From assembly GCA_963749075.1 (NCBI GenBank), contig CAVVLJ010000020.1, forward strand, positions 320,001 to 384,000: a stretch of 64,000 nucleotides of DNA, read 5' to 3'. Below, piece by piece: positions 19,731-29,381 of this stretch. Source of the DNA: an uncultured Pseudomonadota bacterium. Its GTDB lineage: Bacteria > Pseudomonadota > Alphaproteobacteria > JACZXZ01. The notes below the pieces were generated by a model. That model was not told the DNA's origin. It made no database searches and saw only the letters and a list, made by a program, of their open reading frames with translations. Within the stretch, counting starts at the first letter, position 1, and every line of letters starts with the position of its first letter. The position numbers and the translations under genes are program-made.

Positions 19731-20612
19731 CTAGCGCGTCGGCACCGGCTTTTCGCCGCCGTAGTCGTAGAAGCCGCGCCCGGTCTTGCGGCCGAGCCAG
19801 CCGGCCTCGACGTACTTCACGAGGAGCGGGCAGGGCCGGTATTTGCTGTCCGAGAGCCCCTCGTAGAGCACGTGCATGACGGCGAGGCAGGTATCGAGGC
19901 CGATGAAGTCGGCGAGCTCGAGCGGCCCCATCGGATGGTGCGCGCCTAATCGCATTGCCACGTCGACGGCCTCGACCGAGCCCACGCCCTCGTAGAGCGC
20001 ATAGACCGCCTCGTTGATCATCGGCAGCAAGATGCGATTGACGATGAAGGCGGGGAAATCCTCGGCATTGGCCGGCGTCTTGCCCAGGCGGATGGCGAGC
20101 TCGCGGATCGTCTTGAAGGTGTCCTCCGCCGTCGCCAGGCCGCGGATGAGCTCGACGAGCTCCATCACCGGCACCGGGTTCATGAAATGCATGCCCATGA
20201 ACTTGGCGGGCCGGTCGGTGAGCGAGGCGAGGCGGGTGATGGAAATCGACGAGGTGTTGGAGGCGATGAGCGCGTCCTTGCCGAGGACCGGGCAGAGCGC
20301 CTTGAGGATCGAGCTCTTGACGCTCAGATTCTCCGAGGCGGATTCGATGACCAGGTCGCAATCGCCGAACTGCTCGTAGCCGGTGCCGCATTTGATGCGC
20401 GCGACCGCGGCCTTCTGCTGCGCCTCGCTGATCATGCCGCGCCCGACCTGGCGGCGCATGTTGCGCTCGATGATGCCGAGCGCCTTGTCGAGCGCCTCCT
20501 GGCTCACGTCGCCGAGGCGGACCTCGATGCCCGCGAGTGCCGCCACATGGGCGATGCCGTTGCCCATCTGGCCGGCGCCGATGACGCCTATCCTGTCGAT
20601 CGCCAAGATCAC
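19731..20612 (-). CDS. hbd: 3-hydroxybutyryl-CoA dehydrogenase
   Basis: GAGQMGNG, SNTSSISI, GMHFMNP and HPMGPL..ADFIGLD. Confidence 0.93.
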   Translation of the reverse strand: MILAIDRIGVIGAGQMGNGIAHVAALAGIEVRLGDVSQEALDKALGIIERNMRRQVGRGMISEAQQKAAVARIKCGTGYEQFGDCDLVIESASENLSVKSSILKALCPVLGKDALIASNTSSISITRLASLTDRPAKFMGMHFMNPVPVMELVELIRGLATAEDTFKTIRELAIRLGKTPANAEDFPAFIVNRILLPMINEAVYALYEGVGSVEAVDVAMRLGAHHPMGPLELADFIGLDTCLAVMHVLYEGLSDSKYRPCPLLVKYVEAGWLGRKTGRGFYDYGGEKPVPTR

Positions 20613-20639
20613 TCTCCACGCTTGGGCACGGCGGCGTCC

Positions 20640-21578
20640 TCAGCCCGCCTTGCCGAGCTCGGCCTCGAGCTCGGGCAGCGCCTTGAACAGATCCGCGACC
20701 AGCCCGTAATCCGCCACCTGGAAGATCGGCGCTTCCTCGTCCTTGTTGATCGCCACGATGACCTTCGAATCCTTCATGCCGGCCAGGTGCTGGATGGCGC
20801 CCGAGATGCCGACGGCGATGTAGAGGTCGGGCGCCACGATCTTCCCCGTTTGCCCGACCTGGTAGTCGTTGGGCACGAAGCCCGCGTCGACCGCGGCCCG
20901 GCTGGCGCCGACCGCGGCTCCGAGCTTGTCGGCGATGCGCTCCAGCATGGCGAAGTTGTCGCCCGACTGCATGCCGCGGCCGCCCGAGATGACGATGCGC
21001 GCGCTGGTGAGCTCGGGCCGCTCGGACTTGCTGAGCGCCTGACCCACGAACGTCGAGAGGCCGCTCTCGGGCGGCGGCTCGACGCTCTCGATCGGAGCCG
21101 CGCCGCCTTCGGCGGCGACCGGATCGAAGCCGGTCGCGCGCACGGTGATGATCTTGACCGCGTCCGTCGACTGCACGGTGGCGAGCGCGTTCCCGGCATA
21201 GATCGGCCGCACGAAGGTGTCGGGCGAGACGACCGCGGTGATCTCGGAGATCTGCTGGCAGTCGAGGAGGGCCGCCGCGCGCGGCATGGCGTTCTTGGCC
21301 GAGGTGTCGGCCGCCGCCAGCACGTGGCTGTAGGAGGGGGCGAGCTTGGCGATGAGGGGGGCCAGGTTCTCGGCCAGGCCATGGGCGAGATGCGGCGCTT
21401 CGGCGAGCAGCACCTTGGCGACGCCGGCGATCTTGGCGGCTGCCTCGGCCGCCGCCTTGCAGCCGCTTCCGGCCACCAGGACGACGACGTCGCCTAACGG
21501 CTTCGCCGCGGCGACGGCGTTGAGCGTCGCCGGCTTGATCGCCGCGTTGTCGTGGGCGGCAAGGACGAGCACGCTCAT
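20640..21578 (-). CDS. etfA: Electron transfer flavoprotein alpha subunit
   Basis: [20 protein letters not shown] and [12 protein letters not shown]. Confidence 0.96.
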   Translation of the reverse strand: MSVLVLAAHDNAAIKPATLNAVAAAKPLGDVVVLVAGSGCKAAAEAAAKIAGVAKVLLAEAPHLAHGLAENLAPLIAKLAPSYSHVLAAADTSAKNAMPRAAALLDCQQISEITAVVSPDTFVRPIYAGNALATVQSTDAVKIITVRATGFDPVAAEGGAAPIESVEPPPESGLSTFVGQALSKSERPELTSARIVISGGRGMQSGDNFAMLERIADKLGAAVGASRAAVDAGFVPNDYQVGQTGKIVAPDLYIAVGISGAIQHLAGMKDSKVIVAINKDEEAPIFQVADYGLVADLFKALPELEAELGKAG

Positions 21579-22327
21579 CAGATCACCTTGGCTTCCTGCT
21601 TGAGCTTCTGCACCAGCTCGGCCACGTCCTTGACCTTGACGCCGGCGTTGCGCTTGCCGGGCTCCTCGACCTTGAGCGTCTTAAGACGCGGGCTCACGTC
21701 GACGCCGAGCTCCGCGGGCGTCGCCTTGTCGATCGGCTTCTTCTTCGCCTTCATGATGTTGGGCAGCGAGGCGTAGCGCGGCTCGTTCAGCCGCAGATCG
21801 GTGGTGACCACGGCCGGCAGCTTGAGCAGCACCGTCTCGAGGCCGCCGTCGACCTCGCGCGTCACCTCGAGCTTGTCGTCCTTGAAGACGAGCTTGGAGG
21901 CGAAGGTGCCCTGCGGCCAGCCGAGGAGGCCCGCCAGCATCTGGCCGGTCTGGTTGCTGTCGTCGTCGATCGCCTGCTTGCCGAGAATGACGAGGCCGGG
22001 GCTCTCCTTGGCGGCGAGCGCCCTGAAGAGCTTGGCGGCGGCGAGCGGCTGCACCTCCTCGTTCGCCTCCACGTGGATGCCGCGGTCGGCGCCCATGGCG
22101 AGTGCCGTGCGGATCGTCTCCTGGCATTGGGCGGGGCCGATCGAGACGGCGACCACCTCGCTCGCCTGACCCGCCTCCCTGAGGCGCACGGCCTCCTCGA
22201 CGCCGATCTCGTCGAAGGGGTTCATGGACATCTTGACGTTGGCCGTCTCGACGCCCGAGTGGTCGGCCTTGACGCGGATCTTGACGTTGAAGTCGACGAC
22301 GCGTTTGACCGCAACCAGAACCTTCAT
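21578..22327 (-). CDS. etfB: Electron transfer flavoprotein beta subunit
   Basis: [21 protein letters not shown] and [17 protein letters not shown]. Confidence 0.96.
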   Translation of the reverse strand: MKVLVAVKRVVDFNVKIRVKADHSGVETANVKMSMNPFDEIGVEEAVRLREAGQASEVVAVSIGPAQCQETIRTALAMGADRGIHVEANEEVQPLAAAKLFRALAAKESPGLVILGKQAIDDDSNQTGQMLAGLLGWPQGTFASKLVFKDDKLEVTREVDGGLETVLLKLPAVVTTDLRLNEPRYASLPNIMKAKKKPIDKATPAELGVDVSPRLKTLKVEEPGKRNAGVKVKDVAELVQKLKQEAKVI

Positions 22328-22530
22328 CGTGCTGCCTTTGCTGCGAACGGCCCACCCGCCCGCCGGTCCGACCTCCGACCGGGGCTCGCTTGTTTAGGGG
22401 ACCGAGGGGTGCCTGTCAAGCAAGCGCCCGCGGCATTAAGCGGCGGAAATCGGGAGGAAATCCGCCGCCGGTTCGCAGCGGAAAGCTAGGCCGCGCCGCG
22501 GCCGCAGTCAATCGCGCGGCGCGCGCTCCG

Positions 22531-23094
22531 CTAGCGGTTGCCGCCGGGGATCCACAGCACGTCCTTCCTGCCGCGCTCGTTCGCGTGGCGCGCCAGCACG
22601 AAGAGGTGGTCCGATAGGCGGTTCAAGTAACGGAGTGCAGCGCCATTGACCGGCTCCGCCGCCGCGAGCGCCGCGGTCAAGCGCTCGGCGCGGCGCACGA
22701 TGGCGCGCGCGAGGTGGAGATGGGCCGCGGCAGGAGTGCCGCCCGGGAGGACGAAGGAATCGAGCGGCGCCAGCTCGGCGTTGAGCGCGTCGATCTCGCG
22801 CTCGAGCCGTGCCACCTGGGCCTCCGCGATGCGCAGCGCCTTCTCCTCGCGGGCACCGCCCGAGGGCGTGCAAAGATCGGCGCCGAGATCGAAGAGGTCG
22901 TTCTGGATGCGCGCCAGCATGGCGTCGGCCTCGCCCGCCGCGTGGAGGCGGGCCATGCCGATCGCACTGTTGGCCTCGTCGACCGAGCCGTAGGCGGCGA
23001 CGCGCGCCGCCTCCTTGGGCACGCGCGTGCCGTCGCCGAGCGAGGTCTCGCCCCGATCTCCGCCGCGCGTATAGATGCGGGTGAGCTTGACCAC
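22531..23094 (-). CDS. pduO: Cob(I)alamin adenosyltransferase, PduO type
   Basis: IYTRGGDRGET, GSVDEAN, RRAER and YLNRLSDHLF. Confidence 0.92.
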   Translation of the reverse strand: MVKLTRIYTRGGDRGETSLGDGTRVPKEAARVAAYGSVDEANSAIGMARLHAAGEADAMLARIQNDLFDLGADLCTPSGGAREEKALRIAEAQVARLEREIDALNAELAPLDSFVLPGGTPAAAHLHLARAIVRRAERLTAALAAAEPVNGAALRYLNRLSDHLFVLARHANERGRKDVLWIPGGNR

Positions 23095-23106
23095 GGCGGC
23101 GCGGCC

Positions 23107-23310
23107 TCAGCTCGGGTGGCGGAAGAACAGCATGAAGATGGCGAAGAGGATGAGGGCGAGGGCCTGGAGCGCCACGCGCAGCCGCATGAGCTTGTTGGCA
23201 TATTTGCGGTTGAACTCGCCGCCCCGGAACATCGAGCCGACGCCGAGCAGCAGCACCACGAGCACCGCCGCCATGGCGATGCCGACGAGATAGGGGAAGA
23301 GCCTTTCCAT
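23107..23310 (-). CDS. HIG1-domain twin-TM small protein
   Basis: 'GGEFNRKYANKLMRLRVALQ'; conserved position upstream of pduO. Confidence 0.85.
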   Translation of the reverse strand: MERLFPYLVGIAMAAVLVVLLLGVGSMFRGGEFNRKYANKLMRLRVALQALALILFAIFMLFFRHPS

Positions 23311-23458
23311 CGCCGTCATATACCCCTTGGCGGCGGCGCCACCAACGATTTTAAGGATGCCGGCCGGCGGCACTGGTATTCCGGCGCCGGCGGCCTTACA
23401 TCAGGCTGGCGGCGCCGCAGCGTGGTCTTGCGCGCGGCACGGGGAGAGCGGGAGGACC

Positions 23459-23908
23459 ATGGCGCGCGTCATCGGCATCGACCACCTGGTGATCCGGGTC
23501 GCCGACCTGGCGCGCTCGAAGCGCTTCTACAAGTCGGTGCTCGGCACCCTCGGCTTCGAGCTCAAATACGAATTCGATCGCAGCGCCGGCTGGAGCAACG
23601 GCAAGACGCTCTTCTGGATCGGCGAGGCCGACCGCGAGGGCAAGCGCCATCCGCACCGCATCGGCAACATCGGCTTCCATCACTATGCCTTCGAGCTTTC
23701 CGCGCGCAAGGACGTGGACGAGCTCTATGCCTGCCTGAAGCGGATCAAGGCCACCGTCGTCGATCCCCCGGCCGACTATCCCCATTACGGCAAGGGCTAT
23801 TACGCCGTCTTCTTTCTCGATCCCGACGGGCTTAAGCTCGAGGGCATGGTCTGTCCGAAGGTGCCGCCGAAGAAAAAGACGAAGGCGAAGGTGAAGCGAA
23901 CGGCGTGA
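23459..23908 (+). CDS. VOC/glyoxalase family protein
   Basis: GIDHLVIRVADL, HHYAF and YYAVFFLDPDGLKLE; GGAGG RBS. Confidence 0.88.
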   Translation: MARVIGIDHLVIRVADLARSKRFYKSVLGTLGFELKYEFDRSAGWSNGKTLFWIGEADREGKRHPHRIGNIGFHHYAFELSARKDVDELYACLKRIKATVVDPPADYPHYGKGYYAVFFLDPDGLKLEGMVCPKVPPKKKTKAKVKRTA

Positions 23909-23950
23909 GCGCCGCGTGAGACTGGTTGAAACGGCAAGGAGTGCACGGCA

Positions 23951-24349
23951 ATGTCAGCGATTCCCGAGAAATTCCGCGACCTCCTCGAGACGAAGAAAGC
24001 CTTCGCGCACTTGGCGACGGTGATGCCGGACGGCTCGCCGCAGGTGACGCCGGTCTGGCTCGACTTCAAGGACGGCGCCATCCGCGTGAACTCGGCCAAG
24101 GGGCGGGTCAAGTCGCGCAACATGAAGGAAGGCTCGCGGGTGGCGCTCTCCATCCTCGATCCGGACGATCCCTATCGCTACATCCAGGTGCGCGGCCGCG
24201 TGCGCCGCGTGACCGAGGAAGGGGCGGCCGCGCACATCGACTCGCTCGCCAAGAAATATCTCGGCAAGGACAAATATCCCTACGCCCAGCCGGGCGAGGT
24301 GCGTCTCATGTTCGAGATCGAGCCCACCTCGGCGTCGGTGATGGGCTGA
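23951..24349 (+). CDS. PPOX-class split-barrel (putative F420/FMN-dependent) oxidoreductase
   Basis: AHLATVMPDGSPQVTPVW, KSRN and DPYRYIQVRG; AAGGAG RBS. Confidence 0.85.
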   Translation: MSAIPEKFRDLLETKKAFAHLATVMPDGSPQVTPVWLDFKDGAIRVNSAKGRVKSRNMKEGSRVALSILDPDDPYRYIQVRGRVRRVTEEGAAAHIDSLAKKYLGKDKYPYAQPGEVRLMFEIEPTSASVMG

Positions 24350-24390
24350 GGCGCGCGCGGCGGCATGCCTTACGTGGGCGGGCCGCCGCC

Positions 24391-25137
24391 TCAATCCGCA
24401 GGCACGAGCGGCGGCAGCACGGCGCCGATCTCCTCGTGGAGGACGAGATCGGCAAGCGCGTCCTGCTCGGTCGGCTCGCGGTTGACGATGACGAGGCGGG
24501 CGCCGTTCCGCTTGGCGAGGAGCGGAAAGCCCGCCGCCGGATGGACCACGAGCGAGGAGCCGAGCACGAGGAAGAGGTCGCAGGCCTGCGTCTCCTCTTC
24601 GGCGCGCGCCATGGGGCGCTGCGGCATGGCTTGGCCGAAGGAGATGGTCGCCGTCTTGACGAGGCCCGAGCACTCGCGGCAGAGCGGGATCTCGCCGCGG
24701 CCGAGGAAGCTCTGCTTCAGCACGCTAAGCTCGTGGCGCAGCCCACAATCGAGGCAGGTGGCGTAGCTGGCGTTGCCGTGGAGCTCGATTAGGCACTCCG
24801 CCGGCACGCCCAACTCCTGGTGCAGGTTGTCGACGTTCTGGGTGATCACGGCGGCGGCCTTGCCGCGGGCTATGAGGCGCGCCACCGCGTAGTGGCCGGC
24901 GTTCGGCTTGGCGCCCGTCCAACCCGCGGCACCCGAGAAGACGCGGTTCCAGGCCTCGCGCCGCATCTCCTCGCTGGCGACGAACTCCTGGAAATAGATC
25001 GGCCGCATGCGGCTCCACACGCCGCCGGGGCTCCTGAAATCGGGGATGCCGGACTCGGTCGAGATGCCGGCGCCGGTGAAGACGACCGCGCGCCGCGATT
25101 CTCCGATGAGCTCGGCCAAGCGTTCCCGCTGCGACAT
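24391..25137 (-). CDS. cobB: Sir2/CobB NAD-dependent deacylase
   Basis: GAGISTESGIPDFR, TQNVDNLH, LHG, CLDC...CREC, GSSL and NREPT. Confidence 0.92.
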   Translation of the reverse strand: MSQRERLAELIGESRRAVVFTGAGISTESGIPDFRSPGGVWSRMRPIYFQEFVASEEMRREAWNRVFSGAAGWTGAKPNAGHYAVARLIARGKAAAVITQNVDNLHQELGVPAECLIELHGNASYATCLDCGLRHELSVLKQSFLGRGEIPLCRECSGLVKTATISFGQAMPQRPMARAEEETQACDLFLVLGSSLVVHPAAGFPLLAKRNGARLVIVNREPTEQDALADLVLHEEIGAVLPPLVPAD

Positions 25138-25205
25138 GCGCCATGATAACCCGGGAGCATGACGGCAGCGCAAGGGCGCGGGACGCCGAGGGAGAAGGCA
25201 AGAGA

Positions 25206-25350
25206 TCCCTCTCCCGTTTACGGGAGAGGGAAGGGGCCCATCCCGAAGGGATGGGAAGGGTGAGGGAAGGCCCGATGTCGGCGTCGTCCCTCACCCTCCC
25301 ACGGCCTTGCGGCCGCGGGCCCCCCCTCTCCCGCTTGCGGGAGAGGGGGA
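25206..25350. repeat. REP-like doublet (CCCTCTCCCGnnnnCGGGAGAGGG with inner hairpin)
   Basis: Two inverted composite hairpin units; inner segment GGAAGGGGCCCATCCCGAAGGGATGGGAAGG shared with the copy at 31379. Confidence 0.8.
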
Positions 25351-25362
25351 CTGCGTCGCGGC

Positions 25363-25653
25363 TCAGCGCAGGTTGAAGCGAAAATCGTTCCGTTTTCTCT
25401 CCGCCTCTCGGAGGACCGCGGCGAGGCGCTCGAAGTCCTGACCGAGCGCCGCGCGCGAGGCCGCGGCGTCCGCCCACTCGAGCTCGAGCGGGCCCGCCAC
25501 GTCGCCGGTGAGCGCGTCGTAGAGCGCGTCGAGGTTGCGGCCGAAGTGGGCGGGGAGGGCGAGGGCCTTCGCCAGCGCATCATAGGCGTCGTCGAGCGAG
25601 CGGACCGCGGCGCCCTCGATGCGCACGCGGCGCGGCGCCGCGGCCTCGCTCAC
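25363..25653 (-). CDS. Barstar-family RNase inhibitor
   Basis: LPAHFGRNLDALYDALTG (barstar YYGENLDALWDCLTG); GTGA overlap with the RNase stop. Confidence 0.88.
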   Translation of the reverse strand: MSEAAAPRRVRIEGAAVRSLDDAYDALAKALALPAHFGRNLDALYDALTGDVAGPLELEWADAAASRAALGQDFERLAAVLREAERKRNDFRFNLR

Positions 25654-26156
25654 TCCGCCTCCGGCAGCTCGAAGAAGTGCCGGTAATGGTCGACGGTCAC
25701 CCATTGCAGCCAGGTGCCCTCGCCGCGGTCCACATAGATGAGCCGGTCGGCGCCGCGGTGCCCGCCCGCGTAATCCAGATCCGCCTCCCGGTAGCGGCCG
25801 TCATATTGGGCGGGAAGCCGCTGCTCGCGGTTGCCGAAGCGGTCGCCGCCGATGGCGGCGCCGGGTGCTACGCGCCAGAGGTCCCCGCCGGGCCGCCAGC
25901 CCTTGGCCTCGGCCGCGCGCTTGGCGAGATAGCAGCCGGGGAGCCGGCCCGTGCGGTGGAGCGTGTTGGCGACCGCGACGAAGGCGTCGACCTCTCTGAG
26001 GCCGAGGTCGCGGGCGAGGTTCTTGAGCGACTGGTCCTGCGGGCCGGGCCGTGCGTCGGCGAGGCCGCAGACGGTCGGCTGCGCGGCGCGCGCGGGTGCC
26101 GCGGGTAGTGCTGCGAGTGCTGCGAGCAGCGCCGCGGCAGAGAGGACGGCGCGCAT
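25650..26156 (-). CDS. Secreted barnase-like guanyl-specific ribonuclease
   Basis: Signal peptide (..APARA/AQ); LPGCYLAKRAAEAKGW, IGGDRFGNREQRLP, YREADLDY, RGADRLIY and DHY align with barnase; alternative start 26180. Confidence 0.88.
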   Translation of the reverse strand: MRAVLSAAALLAALAALPAAPARAAQPTVCGLADARPGPQDQSLKNLARDLGLREVDAFVAVANTLHRTGRLPGCYLAKRAAEAKGWRPGGDLWRVAPGAAIGGDRFGNREQRLPAQYDGRYREADLDYAGGHRGADRLIYVDRGEGTWLQWVTVDHYRHFFELPEAE

Positions 26157-26198
26157 CGCACGCGATACATATCGTATCATAGGGCCTCCGGCAGAGCG

Positions 26199-27881
26199 TC
26201 AGTTGCGCCCGGCGAGGAGGCCGCGCGCGATCACGTGGGCCTGGATCTCGGCCGCACCCTCGAAGATATTGAGGATGCGCGCGTCGCACAATACGCGGCT
26301 GATGGGATATTCCTCGGCATAGCCGTTGCCGCCGTGGATCTGGAGGGCGGCGTCGGCGTTGGCCCAGGCGACGCGCGCGGCCAAGAGCTTGGCCATGCCC
26401 GCCGGCACGTCGCAGCGCCGCCCGCTCTCCTTCTCGCGCGCCGCGAAATAGGTGAGCTGGCGCGCTGCCATGGTCTCGACCGCCATCATGGCGAGTTTGC
26501 CGGAGACGCGCGGGAAGAGGGCGATGGGCTTGCCGAACTGGACGCGCTCGAGGGCGTATTTGAGGCCGAGCTCGAGGGCGTTCTGCGCCACGCCCACGGC
26601 GCGCGCGGCGGTCTGGATGCGCGCCGATTCGAAGGTCGCCATGAGCTGCTTGAAGCCCTGGCCCTCGACCCCGCCGAGGAGGTTCTCGGCCTTGACCGCA
26701 AAACGGTCGAAGGCGAGCTCGTACTCCTTCATGCCGCGGTAGCCGAGCACGCGGATCTCGCTGCCGGAGAGGCCTGCGACGGGGAAGGGCTCAGCAGCGC
26801 TGCCGCGCGGCTTCTCGGCAAGGAACATGGAGAGGCCCCTGTATCCGGGCTCGGCGGCGTCGGTGCGGGCGAGGAGCGTCATGAGATCGGCGCGCGCCGC
26901 GTGGGTGATCCAGGTCTTCGCCCCGGTCACCCGGTAGAGCTCGCCCTCGCGCACCGCGCGCGTGCGCAAGGCGCCGAGATCGGAGCCGGTGTTGGGCTCG
27001 GTGAAGACCGCGGTCGGCAGCACCTCGCCCGACGCGATGCGCGGGAGCCACTTAGTTTTCTGCGCCTCGCTGCCGCCGGCACGGATGAGCTCGGCGGCGA
27101 TCTCGGAGCGCGTGCCGAGCGAGCCCACGCCGAGCGAGACGCGCGAGAGCTCCTCGGTCACCACGCACATGGCGAGCTTGCCGAGGCCGGCGCCACCGTA
27201 TTCCTCGGGCACCGTCAGGCCGAAGACGCCGAGTGCCGCCAGCTCGTCGACGATCTCCATGGGGATGAGGCGGTCCTCGAGATGCCAGCGGTGCGCGTCG
27301 GGCGCCACCCGCGCCTCGGCGAAGCGGCGGAACTGGTCGCGGACGAGGACGAGCGCCTCGTCCTCGAGGCCGTGCTCGCCGAAGCCGCCGTGCTCGCCCA
27401 TGAGGGCTGCGAGGCGGGCGCGCAGCGCTGCCGTATTGCCGCGCTCGATAAGACGCGCCGCTGCCGGCCGCGAGAGCTCGCCGAGGTCGCGCTCGAGAAG
27501 GCCCATGTCGGCTGGCCGCACCACCTCGACCTGGGAGAGCGCGATGCCGCCCTTGAGCTGGGCGAGATACTCGCCGAAGGCGGCCTGCAGGAGGAGGCGC
27601 TCGAGCTCTCCGAAACCGCCCGACGCCTCGAGCCGCTCGGCCCAGGCGAGCATGGCGCCGAGCGCCGCCACGTAGGTCGCACTCCAGGCGTAGCCGTGCG
27701 CGGCGAACTGCTCGCGCTCGAGGAACTCGCCGTTGGCACCGATCTTGTCGGCGACCGCGAGGCGCGCGTGCGCCAGATAGCTCTCCGCGGCGGCGAGCGC
27801 CTCGCGGCAAAGGGCGAGAAGGTCCGCGAGCAGCGGCTCAGGCGGAGCCTCGTGCGCCGTGCGGATGGCGGCTTGGCTCAC
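26199..27881 (-). CDS. mcd: (2S)-methylsuccinyl-CoA dehydrogenase
   Basis: Acyl-CoA dehydrogenase with long N-terminal extension (EQFAAHGYAW), FTEPNTGSDL, VLGYRGMKEY and ILNIFEGAAEIQ; operonic with ccr. Confidence 0.88.
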   Translation of the reverse strand: MSQAAIRTAHEAPPEPLLADLLALCREALAAAESYLAHARLAVADKIGANGEFLEREQFAAHGYAWSATYVAALGAMLAWAERLEASGGFGELERLLLQAAFGEYLAQLKGGIALSQVEVVRPADMGLLERDLGELSRPAAARLIERGNTAALRARLAALMGEHGGFGEHGLEDEALVLVRDQFRRFAEARVAPDAHRWHLEDRLIPMEIVDELAALGVFGLTVPEEYGGAGLGKLAMCVVTEELSRVSLGVGSLGTRSEIAAELIRAGGSEAQKTKWLPRIASGEVLPTAVFTEPNTGSDLGALRTRAVREGELYRVTGAKTWITHAARADLMTLLARTDAAEPGYRGLSMFLAEKPRGSAAEPFPVAGLSGSEIRVLGYRGMKEYELAFDRFAVKAENLLGGVEGQGFKQLMATFESARIQTAARAVGVAQNALELGLKYALERVQFGKPIALFPRVSGKLAMMAVETMAARQLTYFAAREKESGRRCDVPAGMAKLLAARVAWANADAALQIHGGNGYAEEYPISRVLCDARILNIFEGAAEIQAHVIARGLLAGRN

Positions 27882-27896
27882 GGTTCCAACTCCGCC

Positions 27897-29186
27897 TCAG
27901 GCGTTCACCGCGTCCTCGAAGGTGCGCAGGCCCGTGCGCTTGGCCTGCACCAAGACCGCCATGTTGCCCGGCTTGTGCTCGTTGCGCATCATCTTGGTGT
28001 GGGCGAGGGGGATTTCCTGCCAGGGGAACACCTCGCTCATGCAGGGGTCGATGCGCCGCTCGATGACCAGTCGGTTGGCCTGGCTCGCTTGGAGGAGGTT
28101 CGCGAAGTGGCTGCCCTGGATGCGCTTCTGGCGCATCCACACGAAGCGCGCGTCGAAGGTGATGTTGAAGCCGGTGGTGCCGGCGCAGAACACCACCATG
28201 CCGCCGCGCTTCACCACGAAGCAGCTCACCGGGAAGGTCGCCTCGCCGGGATGCTCGAAGACGAAATCCACGTCGTTGCCCTTGCCCGTCACCTCCCAGA
28301 TCGCCTTGCCGAACTCGCGCACCTTCTTCATGTAGTCGCCGTAGCCGCCGCCCGCGTTGATCTCGGGGAGGCGCCCCCAGCAGTCGAACTTGCTGCGGTT
28401 GATGGCGCCCTTGGCGCCGAGCTGCATGACGAAGTCGCGCTTGCCCTCGTCGGAGATCACGCCGATGGCGTGCGCCCCCGCCGCGGCGATGAGCTGCACC
28501 GCCATGGAGCCGAGGCCGCCCGCCGCCCCCCAGACGAGCACGTTGTGGCCGGGGCGCAGGATGTGCGGCCGGTGGCCGAACAGCATGCGGTAGGCGGTCG
28601 CCAAGGTGAGGGTGTAGCAGCCGCATTCCTCCCAGCTGAGGTGCTGCGGCCGCGGCATGAGCTGGCGCGACTGCACGCGCGCGAACTGGGCAAACGAGCC
28701 GTCGGGAGTCTCGTAGCCCCAGATGCGCTGGGAGGGGGAATACATCGGGTCGCCGCCGTTGCACTCCTCGTCGTCGCCGTCGTCCTGGTTGCAGTGCACG
28801 ACGACCTCGTCGCCGACCTTCCAGCGCTTCACCTTGGCGCCGGTCGCCCACACCACGCCGGCGGCGTCCGAGCCCGCCACGTGATAGGGCGCCTTGTGCA
28901 CGTCGAACACCGAGATGGGCTTGCCGAGGGCCGCCCAGACGCCGTTGTAGTTGACGCCCGCGGCCATCACCATGACGAGCACCTCGTCGGCCTCGATCAC
29001 CGGCGTCGCCACCACCTCGAGCTGCATGGCGCGCTCCGGCTCGCCGTGACGCTCGCGCCGGATCGTCCAGGCGTACATGCGCTCCGGCACATGGCCGAGA
29101 GGAGGGACCTCGCCGATCTCGTAGAGATCCTTGCCCGCGGGCACCGCCGCCGCTGCGAACTCCACCAGCTTCGCCGCCTCGCCCAT
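27897..29186 (-). CDS. ccr: Crotonyl-CoA carboxylase/reductase
   Basis: AAGVNYNGVWA, GSDAAG, IWGYETPDGSFAQF, WGAAGGLG, FEHPG and WMRQKRIQGSHFAN. Confidence 0.95.
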   Translation of the reverse strand: MGEAAKLVEFAAAAVPAGKDLYEIGEVPPLGHVPERMYAWTIRRERHGEPERAMQLEVVATPVIEADEVLVMVMAAGVNYNGVWAALGKPISVFDVHKAPYHVAGSDAAGVVWATGAKVKRWKVGDEVVVHCNQDDGDDEECNGGDPMYSPSQRIWGYETPDGSFAQFARVQSRQLMPRPQHLSWEECGCYTLTLATAYRMLFGHRPHILRPGHNVLVWGAAGGLGSMAVQLIAAAGAHAIGVISDEGKRDFVMQLGAKGAINRSKFDCWGRLPEINAGGGYGDYMKKVREFGKAIWEVTGKGNDVDFVFEHPGEATFPVSCFVVKRGGMVVFCAGTTGFNITFDARFVWMRQKRIQGSHFANLLQASQANRLVIERRIDPCMSEVFPWQEIPLAHTKMMRNEHKPGNMAVLVQAKRTGLRTFEDAVNA

Positions 29187-29240
29187 CTTGAGCCTCCTTC
29201 CCGGCTTCCGGAATGGTCATCCCGCAGCGCAACATGGAGA

Positions 29241-29347
29241 TTGACTCATAGCGCGGGCTTCATCATTCTGCAATGCACAAAATGACGCTTTATTTCTCCT
29301 GAAATAAAATTACTGCAATAAAATGTCGCCTTCGTTTGTGCGCCGCA
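29241..29347 (+). promoter_or_regulatory. ecm promoter with PhaR-like boxes and an AT-rich palindrome
   Basis: TTGACT-N17-CATTCT (29241-29269); TGCAATGCACAA (29269-29280, +) and TGCGGCGCACAA (29336-29347, -); TTTATTTC-TCCT-GAAATAAA (29289-29308). Confidence 0.55.
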
Positions 29348-29381
29348 AACTCAAGCGACGAGTTGGGAAGGAGACGGGCGA

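Noticed and set aside
24391-26156. Sir2 next to an RNase as a possible anti-phage system
   Set aside because: The sirtuin is a canonical Zn-binding CobB-type deacylase, is separated from the RNase pair by a repeat, and the RNase has a secretion signal.
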